NCBI GenBank assembly: GCA_033721835.1
Contig: JAWWAE010000001.1
Span: 1 to 61,867, forward strand
Direction of reading: 5' to 3'
Length of the DNA: 61,867 bases
Origin: Halofilum sp. (in: g-proteobacteria)
GTDB lineage: Bacteria; Pseudomonadota; Gammaproteobacteria; XJ16; Halofilaceae
Shown here piece after piece: positions 8,941 to 17,154 of the stretch. Each line of letters begins with the position of its first letter. Within the stretch, counting starts at the first letter, position 1. The notes under the pieces are model-generated. The model searched no databases. It worked only from the letters and a program-made list of their open reading frames with translations, and was not told the DNA's origin. Both the position numbers and the translations under genes were made by a program.

Positions 8941-9423
8941 TCAGCGGACGGTGATGACCGTGCCGTCGAAGAGCTGCAACACCTTGTGCGAGACGCTCCC
9001 GAGCAGGATGCCCTCGAGATAGGTCAGGCCGCGCGAACCCATCACGATCGTGTCCGCCCGGTGCTCGCGGGCCTGGGCGATGATCCGCTCGGTGACATTG
9101 CCCGAGTCCTTCACGGTCTCGACCTGCTTCGCTCCGTGCTTTTCGGCCGTGGCCCTGGCCCGCTCGAGCAGCTTGTCGGCAATGTCCTCGCGCACCTCGT
9201 CCGGCAGGTAGGCCTCGACGTGGGCCGCGCCCATCGTCAGTGCCGGGCGTTCCTCGCCCGCCTTGTCCGACAGCTTGCGGATGTCGTTCGGCACATGGCC
9301 GGACAACAGGACCTGCAGCAGCACCAGCGGGGCGCCGTATTTCGACGCCAGGTCCGAGCCCAGCTCCACCGCCCGGTCGGAGTGCTCGGAGCCGTCCACC
9401 GGCACCAGGATCTTCTTGATCAT
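8941..9423 (-). CDS. Universal stress protein
   Basis: KKILVPVDGSEHS...IVMGSRG...LLGSVSHKV. Confidence 0.93.
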   Translation of the reverse strand: MIKKILVPVDGSEHSDRAVELGSDLASKYGAPLVLLQVLLSGHVPNDIRKLSDKAGEERPALTMGAAHVEAYLPDEVREDIADKLLERARATAEKHGAKQVETVKDSGNVTERIIAQAREHRADTIVMGSRGLTYLEGILLGSVSHKVLQLFDGTVITVR

Positions 9424-9491
9424 TGTCTTCCCCCTCGGGCCGTGCCCGCGTTCGATCGCCGCCATTCTGGGCCGCGGCAGCCCGGGCGAAG

Positions 9492-9505
9492 TTGATCGGG
9501 ATCAA
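9492..9505. promoter_or_regulatory. FNR/ANR box for usp
   Basis: Perfect TTGAT-cggg-ATCAA; CAGAAT -10 on the minus strand (9464-9469) at class II spacing. Confidence 0.85.
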
Positions 9506-9571
9506 ACCCGGAGGTGGTGGGCGCCGCGCGCAGGGGTGCCGCGGTCGCGGTCGGGCGATGCCGCCCGGGAT

Positions 9572-10354
9572 TCAGGAGCCCGAGGTCTGGCTGCGCGAGC
9601 CGCCCGTTGCCGGCGATGGTGGCCGCCCGGCCACACCGGCGAGTGCCGGACGGTCCAGCACGCGCACGCGCCGGCGGTCGACCGCCAGCAGGCCGTCCTC
9701 GCCCAGTCTGGCCAGCTCGCGGCTGACGGTCTCCAGCGCCAGCCCCAGGTAGTTGGCGATCTCGTCGCGCGACATCGCCAGCCGCAGCTCGGTCCCGTCG
9801 TAACCGGCGGCCTCGAGCCGCTCGCTCAGGCTGTGGACGAACAGCGCCACCCGCTCGCGCGCCGTGCGCCGGCCCAGGGCCACCAGGTGCTGCTGGTCCT
9901 CGACCAGCTCGCGGCTGATCAGCCGGTACAGCTGCCGCTGCAGGCCCGGTATCCGCGGCGCCAGCTCCTCGAGCTGATCGAAGCGCAGCATGCACAGGCT
10001 GGTGCGCTCGAGCGCGACCGCGTCGCAGCGATGGTACTGGTCGCGGATCGCCTCGAGCCCGACCAGCTCGCCGGGGAGGTGAAAGCCGATCACCTGCTCG
10101 CTGCCGTCCTGCTCGGGGAGGGTGGTGCGGATGGTGCCCGTGCGGACGACGTAGATGTGACCGAAGGGCTCGCCGGCGCGGAACAGGGCCTCGCCCCGGT
10201 CGAGCGGCACCCGCGCGCGGACGACGCGATCGAGTTCCTCGACATCCGAGCGGGCCACGCCCGCAGGCAGGCACAGCATGCGCAGAGAACAGTCGAGGCA
10301 CGAGCGGCGCAGGCGCTGGAGGCTGACGACGCGTTGATCCGATCCCGATCCCAC
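9572..10354 (-). CDS. fnr: Oxygen-sensing FNR/ANR regulator
   Basis: CLDCSLRMLC cysteine cluster, internal SLC, HTH IANYLGLALETVSR; start uncertain (GTG 10354 chosen). Confidence 0.9.
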   Translation of the reverse strand: MGSGSDQRVVSLQRLRRSCLDCSLRMLCLPAGVARSDVEELDRVVRARVPLDRGEALFRAGEPFGHIYVVRTGTIRTTLPEQDGSEQVIGFHLPGELVGLEAIRDQYHRCDAVALERTSLCMLRFDQLEELAPRIPGLQRQLYRLISRELVEDQQHLVALGRRTARERVALFVHSLSERLEAAGYDGTELRLAMSRDEIANYLGLALETVSRELARLGEDGLLAVDRRRVRVLDRPALAGVAGRPPSPATGGSRSQTSGS

Positions 10355-10468
10355 GGGAGGGTCCTTTCCGCACGGGTGTCGGCAAATTAGGCCACAACGG
10401 GGGGGCCGCATCCAACCGTCGCGGGTCCGGCGCTTGCCGGCGCCCCCGCCCCGCCATCGGGGCCGGAA

Positions 10469-10510
10469 TTGATCCAGGTCAAGTCCCGCCCCGCTCCGGC
10501 GGCCTACGAT
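10469..10510 (+). promoter_or_regulatory. Class II FNR-dependent promoter of ccoN
   Basis: TTGAT-ccag-GTCAA (10469-10482) and -10 TACGAT (10505-10510), matching a box centred at -41.5. Confidence 0.85.
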
Positions 10511-10538
10511 CCGCCGGTCCAATCCCGGAGTTGCGCCA

Positions 10539-12005
10539 ATGTCCCAGGGCGAGACCTACAACGACCAGGTCGTGCGCCTGTTCCTGCTGGCGGCGGCCGT
10601 CTGGGCGATCGTCGGCACCGCGCTCGGAGTGCTCGCCGCCGCGCAGATGGCCTGGCCCGAGCTCAACTTCGGCGTTTCGTGGCTGACCTTCAGCCGCATC
10701 CGGCCGAACCACACCTTTGCGATCATCTTCGCCTTCGGCGGCTCGGCGCTGATGGGGACCTGTTACTACGTGGTGCAGCGCACCTGCCACGTGCGGCTGG
10801 CGCTCGGGCGGCTGGCCACGTTCACCTTCTGGGGTTGGCAGGCCGCGGTCCTGCTGGCGCTGGCGACGATCCCGTTCGGCATCACCCAGAGCAAGGAATA
10901 TGCGGAGCCGGAGTGGCCAATCGACATCCTGATCGCGGTGGTCTGGATCTCGTTCGCGATCGTGTTCTTCGCCACCCTGGCGCGGCGCCGAATCCAGCAC
11001 ATCTACGTGGCCAACTGGTACTACGCGGCGTTCATCGTCGCCGTTGCACTGCTGCACGTGGTCAACAACATCGCGATTCCGGTGTCGCTGACCAAGTCCT
11101 ACCCGGTCTATTCCGGCGCGGTGGATGCGATGGTGCAGTGGTGGTATGGCCACAACGCGGTCGCGTTCTTCCTGACCGCGGGCTTCCTCGGCATGATGTA
11201 CTACTTCGTGCCGCGCCAGGCCCGGCAGCCCCTCTGGAGCTACCGCTTCTCCATCGTCAACTTCTGGGCCCTGATCTCCGTCTACATGTGGGCCGGCGCG
11301 CACCACCTCGTCTACACCTCGCTCCCCGACTGGGTGCAGTCGGTCGGCATGGTGTTCTCGCTGGTGCTGCTGATGCCGAGCTGGGGCTCGGCGGCCAATG
11401 GCCTGTTCACCTTCAATGGCTCGTGGCACCTGCTGCGCACCGACCCGGCCGCCAAGTTCATGGTCGTCTCACTGGTGTTCTACGCCGCCTCGACGCTCGA
11501 GGGCTCGATGCTGGCGATCAAGAGCGCCAACGCGCTCAGCCACTACTCCGACTGGACCGTGGCCCACGTGCACTCGGGTGCCATCGGCTGGGTCGCGATG
11601 ATCACCATCGGCTCGTTGTATGCCATGGCCCCGCGTGCGCTCGGCCGCCCGATGCACTCGGTGCGCGCCATGGACCTGCATTTCTGGATGCACACCGGCG
11701 GCCTGTTGCTGTACGTGGTGGCAATGTGGGCGGCCGGCATCACCGCCGGCCAGATGTGGTTCGCGACCGGCGACGACGGCAGCCTGCTCTACAGCTTCAT
11801 GGACAGCCTGCGGGCCATTCACCCGTTCTACATCCTGCGCTTCATCGGCGGCCTGCTGGTGATGGGCGGCATGGTGGTGATGGCCTGGAACCTCTGGCAC
11901 ACGGCCGCCGCGGCCCGGGCGCACCTGATCTCGCCCATCCCGGTGCCGGTGCCGGAGCCGGTCGCCGACCAGACGCCGCCGCCGCGCGCGCCCCAGCGGG
12001 CCTGA
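10539..12005 (+). CDS. ccoN: cbb3-type cytochrome c oxidase subunit I
   Basis: [33 protein letters not shown]. Confidence 0.97.
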   Translation: MSQGETYNDQVVRLFLLAAAVWAIVGTALGVLAAAQMAWPELNFGVSWLTFSRIRPNHTFAIIFAFGGSALMGTCYYVVQRTCHVRLALGRLATFTFWGWQAAVLLALATIPFGITQSKEYAEPEWPIDILIAVVWISFAIVFFATLARRRIQHIYVANWYYAAFIVAVALLHVVNNIAIPVSLTKSYPVYSGAVDAMVQWWYGHNAVAFFLTAGFLGMMYYFVPRQARQPLWSYRFSIVNFWALISVYMWAGAHHLVYTSLPDWVQSVGMVFSLVLLMPSWGSAANGLFTFNGSWHLLRTDPAAKFMVVSLVFYAASTLEGSMLAIKSANALSHYSDWTVAHVHSGAIGWVAMITIGSLYAMAPRALGRPMHSVRAMDLHFWMHTGGLLLYVVAMWAAGITAGQMWFATGDDGSLLYSFMDSLRAIHPFYILRFIGGLLVMGGMVVMAWNLWHTAAAARAHLISPIPVPVPEPVADQTPPPRAPQRA

Positions 12006-12014
12006 GGGACTGTC

Positions 12015-12677
12015 ATGAAATCCACCTATCGCTACTTCGAGGCGATCGAGAAGCACCTCGGCCTGTTCGGCGTGCTGCTCGCCGTGGCCCTGACCTTCGG
12101 CGGGCTGGCCGAGATCGTGCCGCTGTTCTACCAGGCCAACACCGTCGAGCCGGCGCGCGGCGTCGAGCCCTATCCGCCGCTCGAACTCGCCGGCCGCGAC
12201 ATCTACGTGCGCGAGGGGTGCTACGGCTGCCACTCGCAGCAGATCCGGCGGCTGCGCGCCGAGGTGCAGCGCTACGGCGACTTCTCGCTGGCCGGCGAAT
12301 CGGTATACGACCGCCCATTCCAGTGGGGCAGCAAGCGTACCGGGCCGGATCTGGCCCGGGTCGGCGGCAAGTATTCGGACGCCTGGCAGCGCGCGCACCT
12401 GCTCGACCCGCAGGCGCTGGTGCCGGACTCGAACATGCCCGCCTATCCCTGGCTGGAGGATGCGCCGATCGACGCCGACGACATCGTCGCGCGCATGAAG
12501 GTCCTGCGCTTCCTCGGCGACCCGTACACGGATGCGCAGATCGCCGCCGCGCCGGAGGCGCTGGCGGGCCGGACCGAGCTGGACGCGCTGGTGGCCTACC
12601 TGCAGGGCCTCGGGCGGACGAACGCCGCGGCGGACACGATGGCGGCGGCGCCGGACACCGCCGGGACGGCCCGATGA
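12015..12677 (+). CDS. ccoO: cbb3 oxidase subunit II
   Basis: GRDIYVREGCYGCHSQ, WGSKRTGPDLARVG, SNMPAY. Confidence 0.97.
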   Translation: MKSTYRYFEAIEKHLGLFGVLLAVALTFGGLAEIVPLFYQANTVEPARGVEPYPPLELAGRDIYVREGCYGCHSQQIRRLRAEVQRYGDFSLAGESVYDRPFQWGSKRTGPDLARVGGKYSDAWQRAHLLDPQALVPDSNMPAYPWLEDAPIDADDIVARMKVLRFLGDPYTDAQIAAAPEALAGRTELDALVAYLQGLGRTNAAADTMAAAPDTAGTAR

Positions 12678-12883
12678 TCGAATACTGGGGGCACATCGTC
12701 GGCGTCATCTCGCTGGTCCTGCTGGCGCTGTTCATCGGTGTCTGGATCTGGGCCTGGCGTCCTCGCCACAAGCGCGTCTTCGAACGCATGGCGCGACTGC
12801 CGCTGGAGCGGGACGAGCGGCCGGACGTGGACGACGACTGGAACGACGAATCGGGGCAGGCCGACGGGAGCGAGCGGCGATGA
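12674..12883 (+). CDS. ccoQ: cbb3 oxidase subunit CcoQ
   Basis: MIEYWGHIVGVISLVLLALFIGVWIWAWRPRHKRVFERMARLPL; ATGA overlaps at both ends. Confidence 0.88.
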   Translation: MIEYWGHIVGVISLVLLALFIGVWIWAWRPRHKRVFERMARLPLERDERPDVDDDWNDESGQADGSERR

Positions 12884-13800
12884 GCGGGTTCTGGACTGGC
12901 TGGGTCGTGTTCTTCGTGCTGCTGAACGGCGTGCTGGTCACGTTCCTCTTCATCTATGCCATCCGGGTGCGCATCCCCGTCGACGCCGACGGCACCACGG
13001 GCCACGTCTGGGCCCATGGCGCGATCCGCGAGGGCGTACGCCGGCTGCCCCGCTGGTGGGTCCTGATGTCGGCGGCATTCCTGGTGTTCGCGGTGGTGTA
13101 CCTGGTGCGCTACCCGGGTCTCGGGGGGTTCCCGGGCACGCTGGGCTGGGACTCGGTCGAGCAGGTCGAGCGGGCGCGGGCCGCCAATGCCGAACGCAGG
13201 GCGGACCTCCTGCGCCGGGTGCGCACGCAGCCGCTGGCCGCGCTGGCCGCGGACCCGCAGGTCGTGCGCGCCGGCGACGCCCTGTTCGGCGACAACTGCG
13301 CCGCCTGCCACGGGGTCAATGGCGAGGGCAACCAGACCATCGGGGCCCCGGACCTGACCGACGACGCCTGGCTGTACGGCGACAGCGACGAGGCGCTCCG
13401 GACCAGCCTCGTCGCCGGACGCAAGGGGGTGATGCCGGCATTCGGGGAGGCCCTGGGCGAGCGCGGCGTACGCGAGGTGGCGGCCTACGTCTACGAGCTC
13501 AACGGCCGCGACTGGCCACGCGAGGACCTGGTCGCAGCCGGCCGCGAGCGGTTCCAGACCCTGTGCGTCTCCTGTCACGGCGCCGACGGGACCGGCAATA
13601 CGCAGCTGGGAGCGCCGAACCTGACCGATGACAGCTGGCTCTACGGTGGCCGGCTGGAGACCATCATGGCCGGGGTGCGCGACGGTCGCCAGGGCGTGAT
13701 GCCGGGCTGGGAGGGGCGCCTCGCCGATGAGGAGATCCGGATCCTGATGGCCTGGGTCCGCGCCGCGGGCGCCGGTGACGGGGGCATGCGGGGCGAATGA
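12880..13800 (+). CDS. ccoP: cbb3 oxidase subunit III (diheme)
   Basis: TTGHVW, LPRWW, CAACH and CVSCH heme motifs, GAPNLTD. Confidence 0.96.
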   Translation: MSGFWTGWVVFFVLLNGVLVTFLFIYAIRVRIPVDADGTTGHVWAHGAIREGVRRLPRWWVLMSAAFLVFAVVYLVRYPGLGGFPGTLGWDSVEQVERARAANAERRADLLRRVRTQPLAALAADPQVVRAGDALFGDNCAACHGVNGEGNQTIGAPDLTDDAWLYGDSDEALRTSLVAGRKGVMPAFGEALGERGVREVAAYVYELNGRDWPREDLVAAGRERFQTLCVSCHGADGTGNTQLGAPNLTDDSWLYGGRLETIMAGVRDGRQGVMPGWEGRLADEEIRILMAWVRAAGAGDGGMRGE

Positions 13801-14000
13801 CCGACCGCACCCGCGAGCCCATGCCATGGTACCGGGTCCCGGTCCTGTGGCTGGCGGCGGTGGCGCTGCTGGCCGCCGTGCTCGGCTGCGGGCTCACGAT
13901 CGGCATTGCCCTGCGGCAGCCGGAGGCCGCGCTCGGGGAGGTGGCACCGGGTTCACGCTTCCAGCTGCCGCCAGTCGGTGAGCACGGGACGCGGCCGTGA
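13797..14000 (+). CDS. Short FixH/CcoH-like membrane protein
   Basis: PWYRVPVLWL plus one TM helix; overlaps ccoP and ccoI at the usual ccoH position. Confidence 0.6.
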   Translation: MTDRTREPMPWYRVPVLWLAAVALLAAVLGCGLTIGIALRQPEAALGEVAPGSRFQLPPVGEHGTRP

Positions 14001-16345
14001 GTGCCGCCGGCCTCGCCGCCACCTCGCCCGGCCCCGGCGCGCCGGAACCCGCGCTGTGGGACGACGCGGAGCTGCAGCGGCACGTCCTGCTGCGGCGCGA
14101 CGACGGCCGCGCCGAGGTGGTGCTCTCCATCGGCGGCCTGCGCTGTTCCGCCTGCGTCCTCGCCCTCGAGCGCGCGCTCACCGGCCTGCCGGGTGTCGGC
14201 CGGGTGCAGATCAACCCGGCGTCGCGCCGCGCGCGAGTGGTCTGGGACGACCGGTGTACCCGCCTGTCCGCCCTGCTGGCCGCCGTCACCCGGGCCGGTT
14301 TCCGGCCACTGCCGCTGGATGCCTGCGCCCTGGACGACGCCCGGCGCGACGAGGGCCGCGATGCGCTCAAGCGGCTGCTGGTGGCCGGCTTCGGTGCGGC
14401 CCAGGCGATGATGTTCGCCGTCGTGCTCTATGTCGGCGCGGTCGATCCGATGGATACCACCACCCGGGACCTGTTCCGCTGGCTCGGGTTCGCGGTCGCT
14501 ACGCCGGTCGTGCTCTATTCCGGGCGGCCGTTCTTCGCCGGTGCACTGCGGTCGTTGCGCGCCCGTCGGCTCGGCATGGACGTCCCGGTGGCGCTCGCCA
14601 TCGCCCTGGTCTACGGCGCCAGCCTGGCGGTGGCCCTCGACGGCGGCGGCGAGGTCTATTTCGATTCCGTCAGCATGTTCGTCTTCTTCCTGCTGGCGGG
14701 GCGCTACCTGGAGCTGCGCGGACGCCACCGGGCGCTGGACCTCACCGACGCGCTGGCGCGCCTGACCCCGCCCACCGCGGATCGCCGGCGCGCGGATGGC
14801 ACGCTTGAGCAGGTGCCGGTCGCCGCTCTGCGGGCCGGCGATCTCGTCCGCGTCGACAGCGGCGCGACCGTGCCGGCCGACGGTCGGCTGGAATCCGCGG
14901 CCTGCCGGGTGGACGAGTCGATGCTGAGCGGCGAGTCCGTGGCCTGCCACCGCGGTCGCGGCGACGAGCTGCTGGCCGGCAGCCTCCTGGTCGAGGGGCC
15001 GGCGGAGCTGCGGGTCATGCGCACCGGCGCGGCGACGACGCTGGCGGGCATCGTGGCGCTGGTCGGCCGCGCCCAGGCCGAACGACCGCGGCTGGCGCGG
15101 GCCAGCGAGCGGGTCGTGGCCTCGTTCGTCGCGCTGGTGCTGGGACTGGCGGCGGCGACGGCGCTCGCCTGGGGCCTCGCCGACCCGGCACGCATGTTCC
15201 CGGCGGTGGTCGCGGTGCTGGTGGTCTCCTGCCCCTGTGCCTTTGCCCTGGCCGTGCCGGCCGCGATCACTCGCACGCTGGCCGTGCTCGCCGCGCGCGG
15301 GGTGCTGGTGGTTCGCCCCGACGCGATCGAGGCGCTCGCGGGAGCCACGCACGTGGTGTTCGACAAGACCGGGACGCTGACCGATGGCGTCCGCTGCTCG
15401 GCGATGCGGGTGTTCGGCGCCGGCCCGACACGCGAGTTCGATGCCGATCGCATGCGGCAGCTCGGCCGGCGCCCGCCGGCGGAGCCGGACCGGGCGGCGT
15501 ATTCCGCCCTGCGCATGGCGGCCGCGCTCGCGCGCGAGAGCCGCCACCCGGCGTCGCTCGCGATCGCCGCGGCGGCGGGCGACCTGGAGCCGCCGCGGGC
15601 CCGCGAGATCCGCAGCCACGCGGGCCTCGGGATCGAGGCCTGCGTCGACGGCCGCCGGCTGCGGCTCGGCCGCCCCGCATTCGCGCTGCGCGCGGAGCAG
15701 ACCGCGGGGGTCGGCGACGGCGTGGTGCTGGCCGACGAGTCCGGCCTGATCGCCGAGTTCGTGCTCGAGGAAAAGCTGCGAGCGGACGCGGCGGCCACGG
15801 TCCGGGCGCTGGTCGCCGATGGCCTGACGGTCGAGATCGCCAGCGGGGATGCGCCGGCACGGGTGCGCCGGGTCGCCGCGCGGCTCGGGGTCGAGCGCTG
15901 GCAGGGCGGGTTGCTGCCCGCGGACAAGCTGGCCCGCCTGCGCGAGGTGCGGGCGGCGGGGGCGCGGACGGTCGCGGTCGGCGACGGCGTCAACGACGCC
16001 CCGGTGCTGGCCGGGGCCGACATCGGGGTGGCGATGGCGGGCGGCACCGATCTGGCGCGCGCCGCGAGCGACATCGTGCTCGCGGGGGAGCGGCTGGAGC
16101 TGCTGTCCACCACCCGCGAACTCGCTCGCGAGACGCTCGCGACCGTGCAGCAGAATCGCCGCTGGGCGCTGGGCTACAACCTGGCCGCGATCCCGCTGGC
16201 CGCCCTCGGCCTGGTGCCGCCCTGGCTGGCGGCGCTCGGCATGTCGTTGAGCTCGCTCGGTGTAGTGCTCAATGCACTGCGCATCGGCCGGCGTCGGCCG
16301 CCGGGCCGTGAGCCGCTCCCCGCGCCCGGGCCGGCCCCGGCATGA
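13997..16345 (+). CDS. ccoI: Cu-translocating P1B ATPase for cbb3 assembly
   Basis: CSAC HMA motif, CPC, DKTGT, GDGVND, YN...MSLSS; cco context. Confidence 0.92.
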   Translation: MSAAGLAATSPGPGAPEPALWDDAELQRHVLLRRDDGRAEVVLSIGGLRCSACVLALERALTGLPGVGRVQINPASRRARVVWDDRCTRLSALLAAVTRAGFRPLPLDACALDDARRDEGRDALKRLLVAGFGAAQAMMFAVVLYVGAVDPMDTTTRDLFRWLGFAVATPVVLYSGRPFFAGALRSLRARRLGMDVPVALAIALVYGASLAVALDGGGEVYFDSVSMFVFFLLAGRYLELRGRHRALDLTDALARLTPPTADRRRADGTLEQVPVAALRAGDLVRVDSGATVPADGRLESAACRVDESMLSGESVACHRGRGDELLAGSLLVEGPAELRVMRTGAATTLAGIVALVGRAQAERPRLARASERVVASFVALVLGLAAATALAWGLADPARMFPAVVAVLVVSCPCAFALAVPAAITRTLAVLAARGVLVVRPDAIEALAGATHVVFDKTGTLTDGVRCSAMRVFGAGPTREFDADRMRQLGRRPPAEPDRAAYSALRMAAALARESRHPASLAIAAAAGDLEPPRAREIRSHAGLGIEACVDGRRLRLGRPAFALRAEQTAGVGDGVVLADESGLIAEFVLEEKLRADAAATVRALVADGLTVEIASGDAPARVRRVAARLGVERWQGGLLPADKLARLREVRAAGARTVAVGDGVNDAPVLAGADIGVAMAGGTDLARAASDIVLAGERLELLSTTRELARETLATVQQNRRWALGYNLAAIPLAALGLVPPWLAALGMSLSSLGVVLNALRIGRRRPPGREPLPAPGPAPA

Positions 16346-16527
16346 ACGTCCTGCTGCTGATGATCCCGCTGTCCATTGCGCTGGTCGCGGGCGCGGCGGC
16401 GGCCTTCTTCTGGGCGGTCAACCACGATCAGTTCGACGATCTCGAGAGCCCGAAGCTGCTGCCACTGATGGACGACCCGGACGACCCGGCCGCGCCCCCC
16501 GGCGAGGACCGGACCGGGGGTCGATGA
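16342..16527 (+). CDS. ccoS: cbb3 oxidase maturation protein
   Basis: MNVLLLMIPLS...FFWAVNHDQFDDLESP. Confidence 0.92.
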   Translation: MNVLLLMIPLSIALVAGAAAAFFWAVNHDQFDDLESPKLLPLMDDPDDPAAPPGEDRTGGR

Positions 16528-16592
16528 CCGGCGCCGGCGCCGTCGTCCGTGGCATGATCGGGGCGCAACCGGGCCCGGGAATCGCCGCCTTG

Positions 16593-17042
16593 ATGCATCG
16601 ATTGGCCACCCTCCTGCTGACCGCGCTGACCGCGATTTCCGCGCCGGCGGCGGCGAAGACCTGCAGCCTGGAGATCGAGGCCAACGATCGGCTGCAGTTC
16701 AGCAAGTCGCGACTGGTCGTGCCCGCCGCCTGTGAGCGGGTCGAGCTGACGCTGCACCATGTCGGCACACTGCCGGTGCGGCAGATGGGCCACAACTGGG
16801 TCCTGAGCCGCAGTGCCGTGTTCCGCGTCCTGGCTCAGGACGGCATGCGGGCGGGCCTCGACAACGGCTACCTGCCGCCGGGCGACGACCGCATCCTGGC
16901 CGCCACCGACCTCGTCGGCGGCGGCGAGCGCACCCGCGTCACGTTCGACGTGACGGCGCTCGAGCCCGGCGGCGACTACACTTTCTTCTGCTCCTTCCCC
17001 GGCCACTACGGTGCGATGAACGGCACCCTGGTGGTCCGCTGA
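16593..17042 (+). CDS. azu: Azurin (blue copper protein)
   Basis: Signal peptide, N-terminal Cys pair, MGHNWV, FFCSFPGH...M type-1 Cu ligands. Confidence 0.93.
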   Translation: MHRLATLLLTALTAISAPAAAKTCSLEIEANDRLQFSKSRLVVPAACERVELTLHHVGTLPVRQMGHNWVLSRSAVFRVLAQDGMRAGLDNGYLPPGDDRILAATDLVGGGERTRVTFDVTALEPGGDYTFFCSFPGHYGAMNGTLVVR

Positions 17043-17154
17043 CGCGCGCTCGCCCCCGCGACGCCGGCCGGGTTGATCGCGATAATGGAGACCGGCGACT
17101 GCGGGCCGTGTCCGAGCGCAGTCCCCATCGACCCGCCCGGAGGAACAGATCGCC

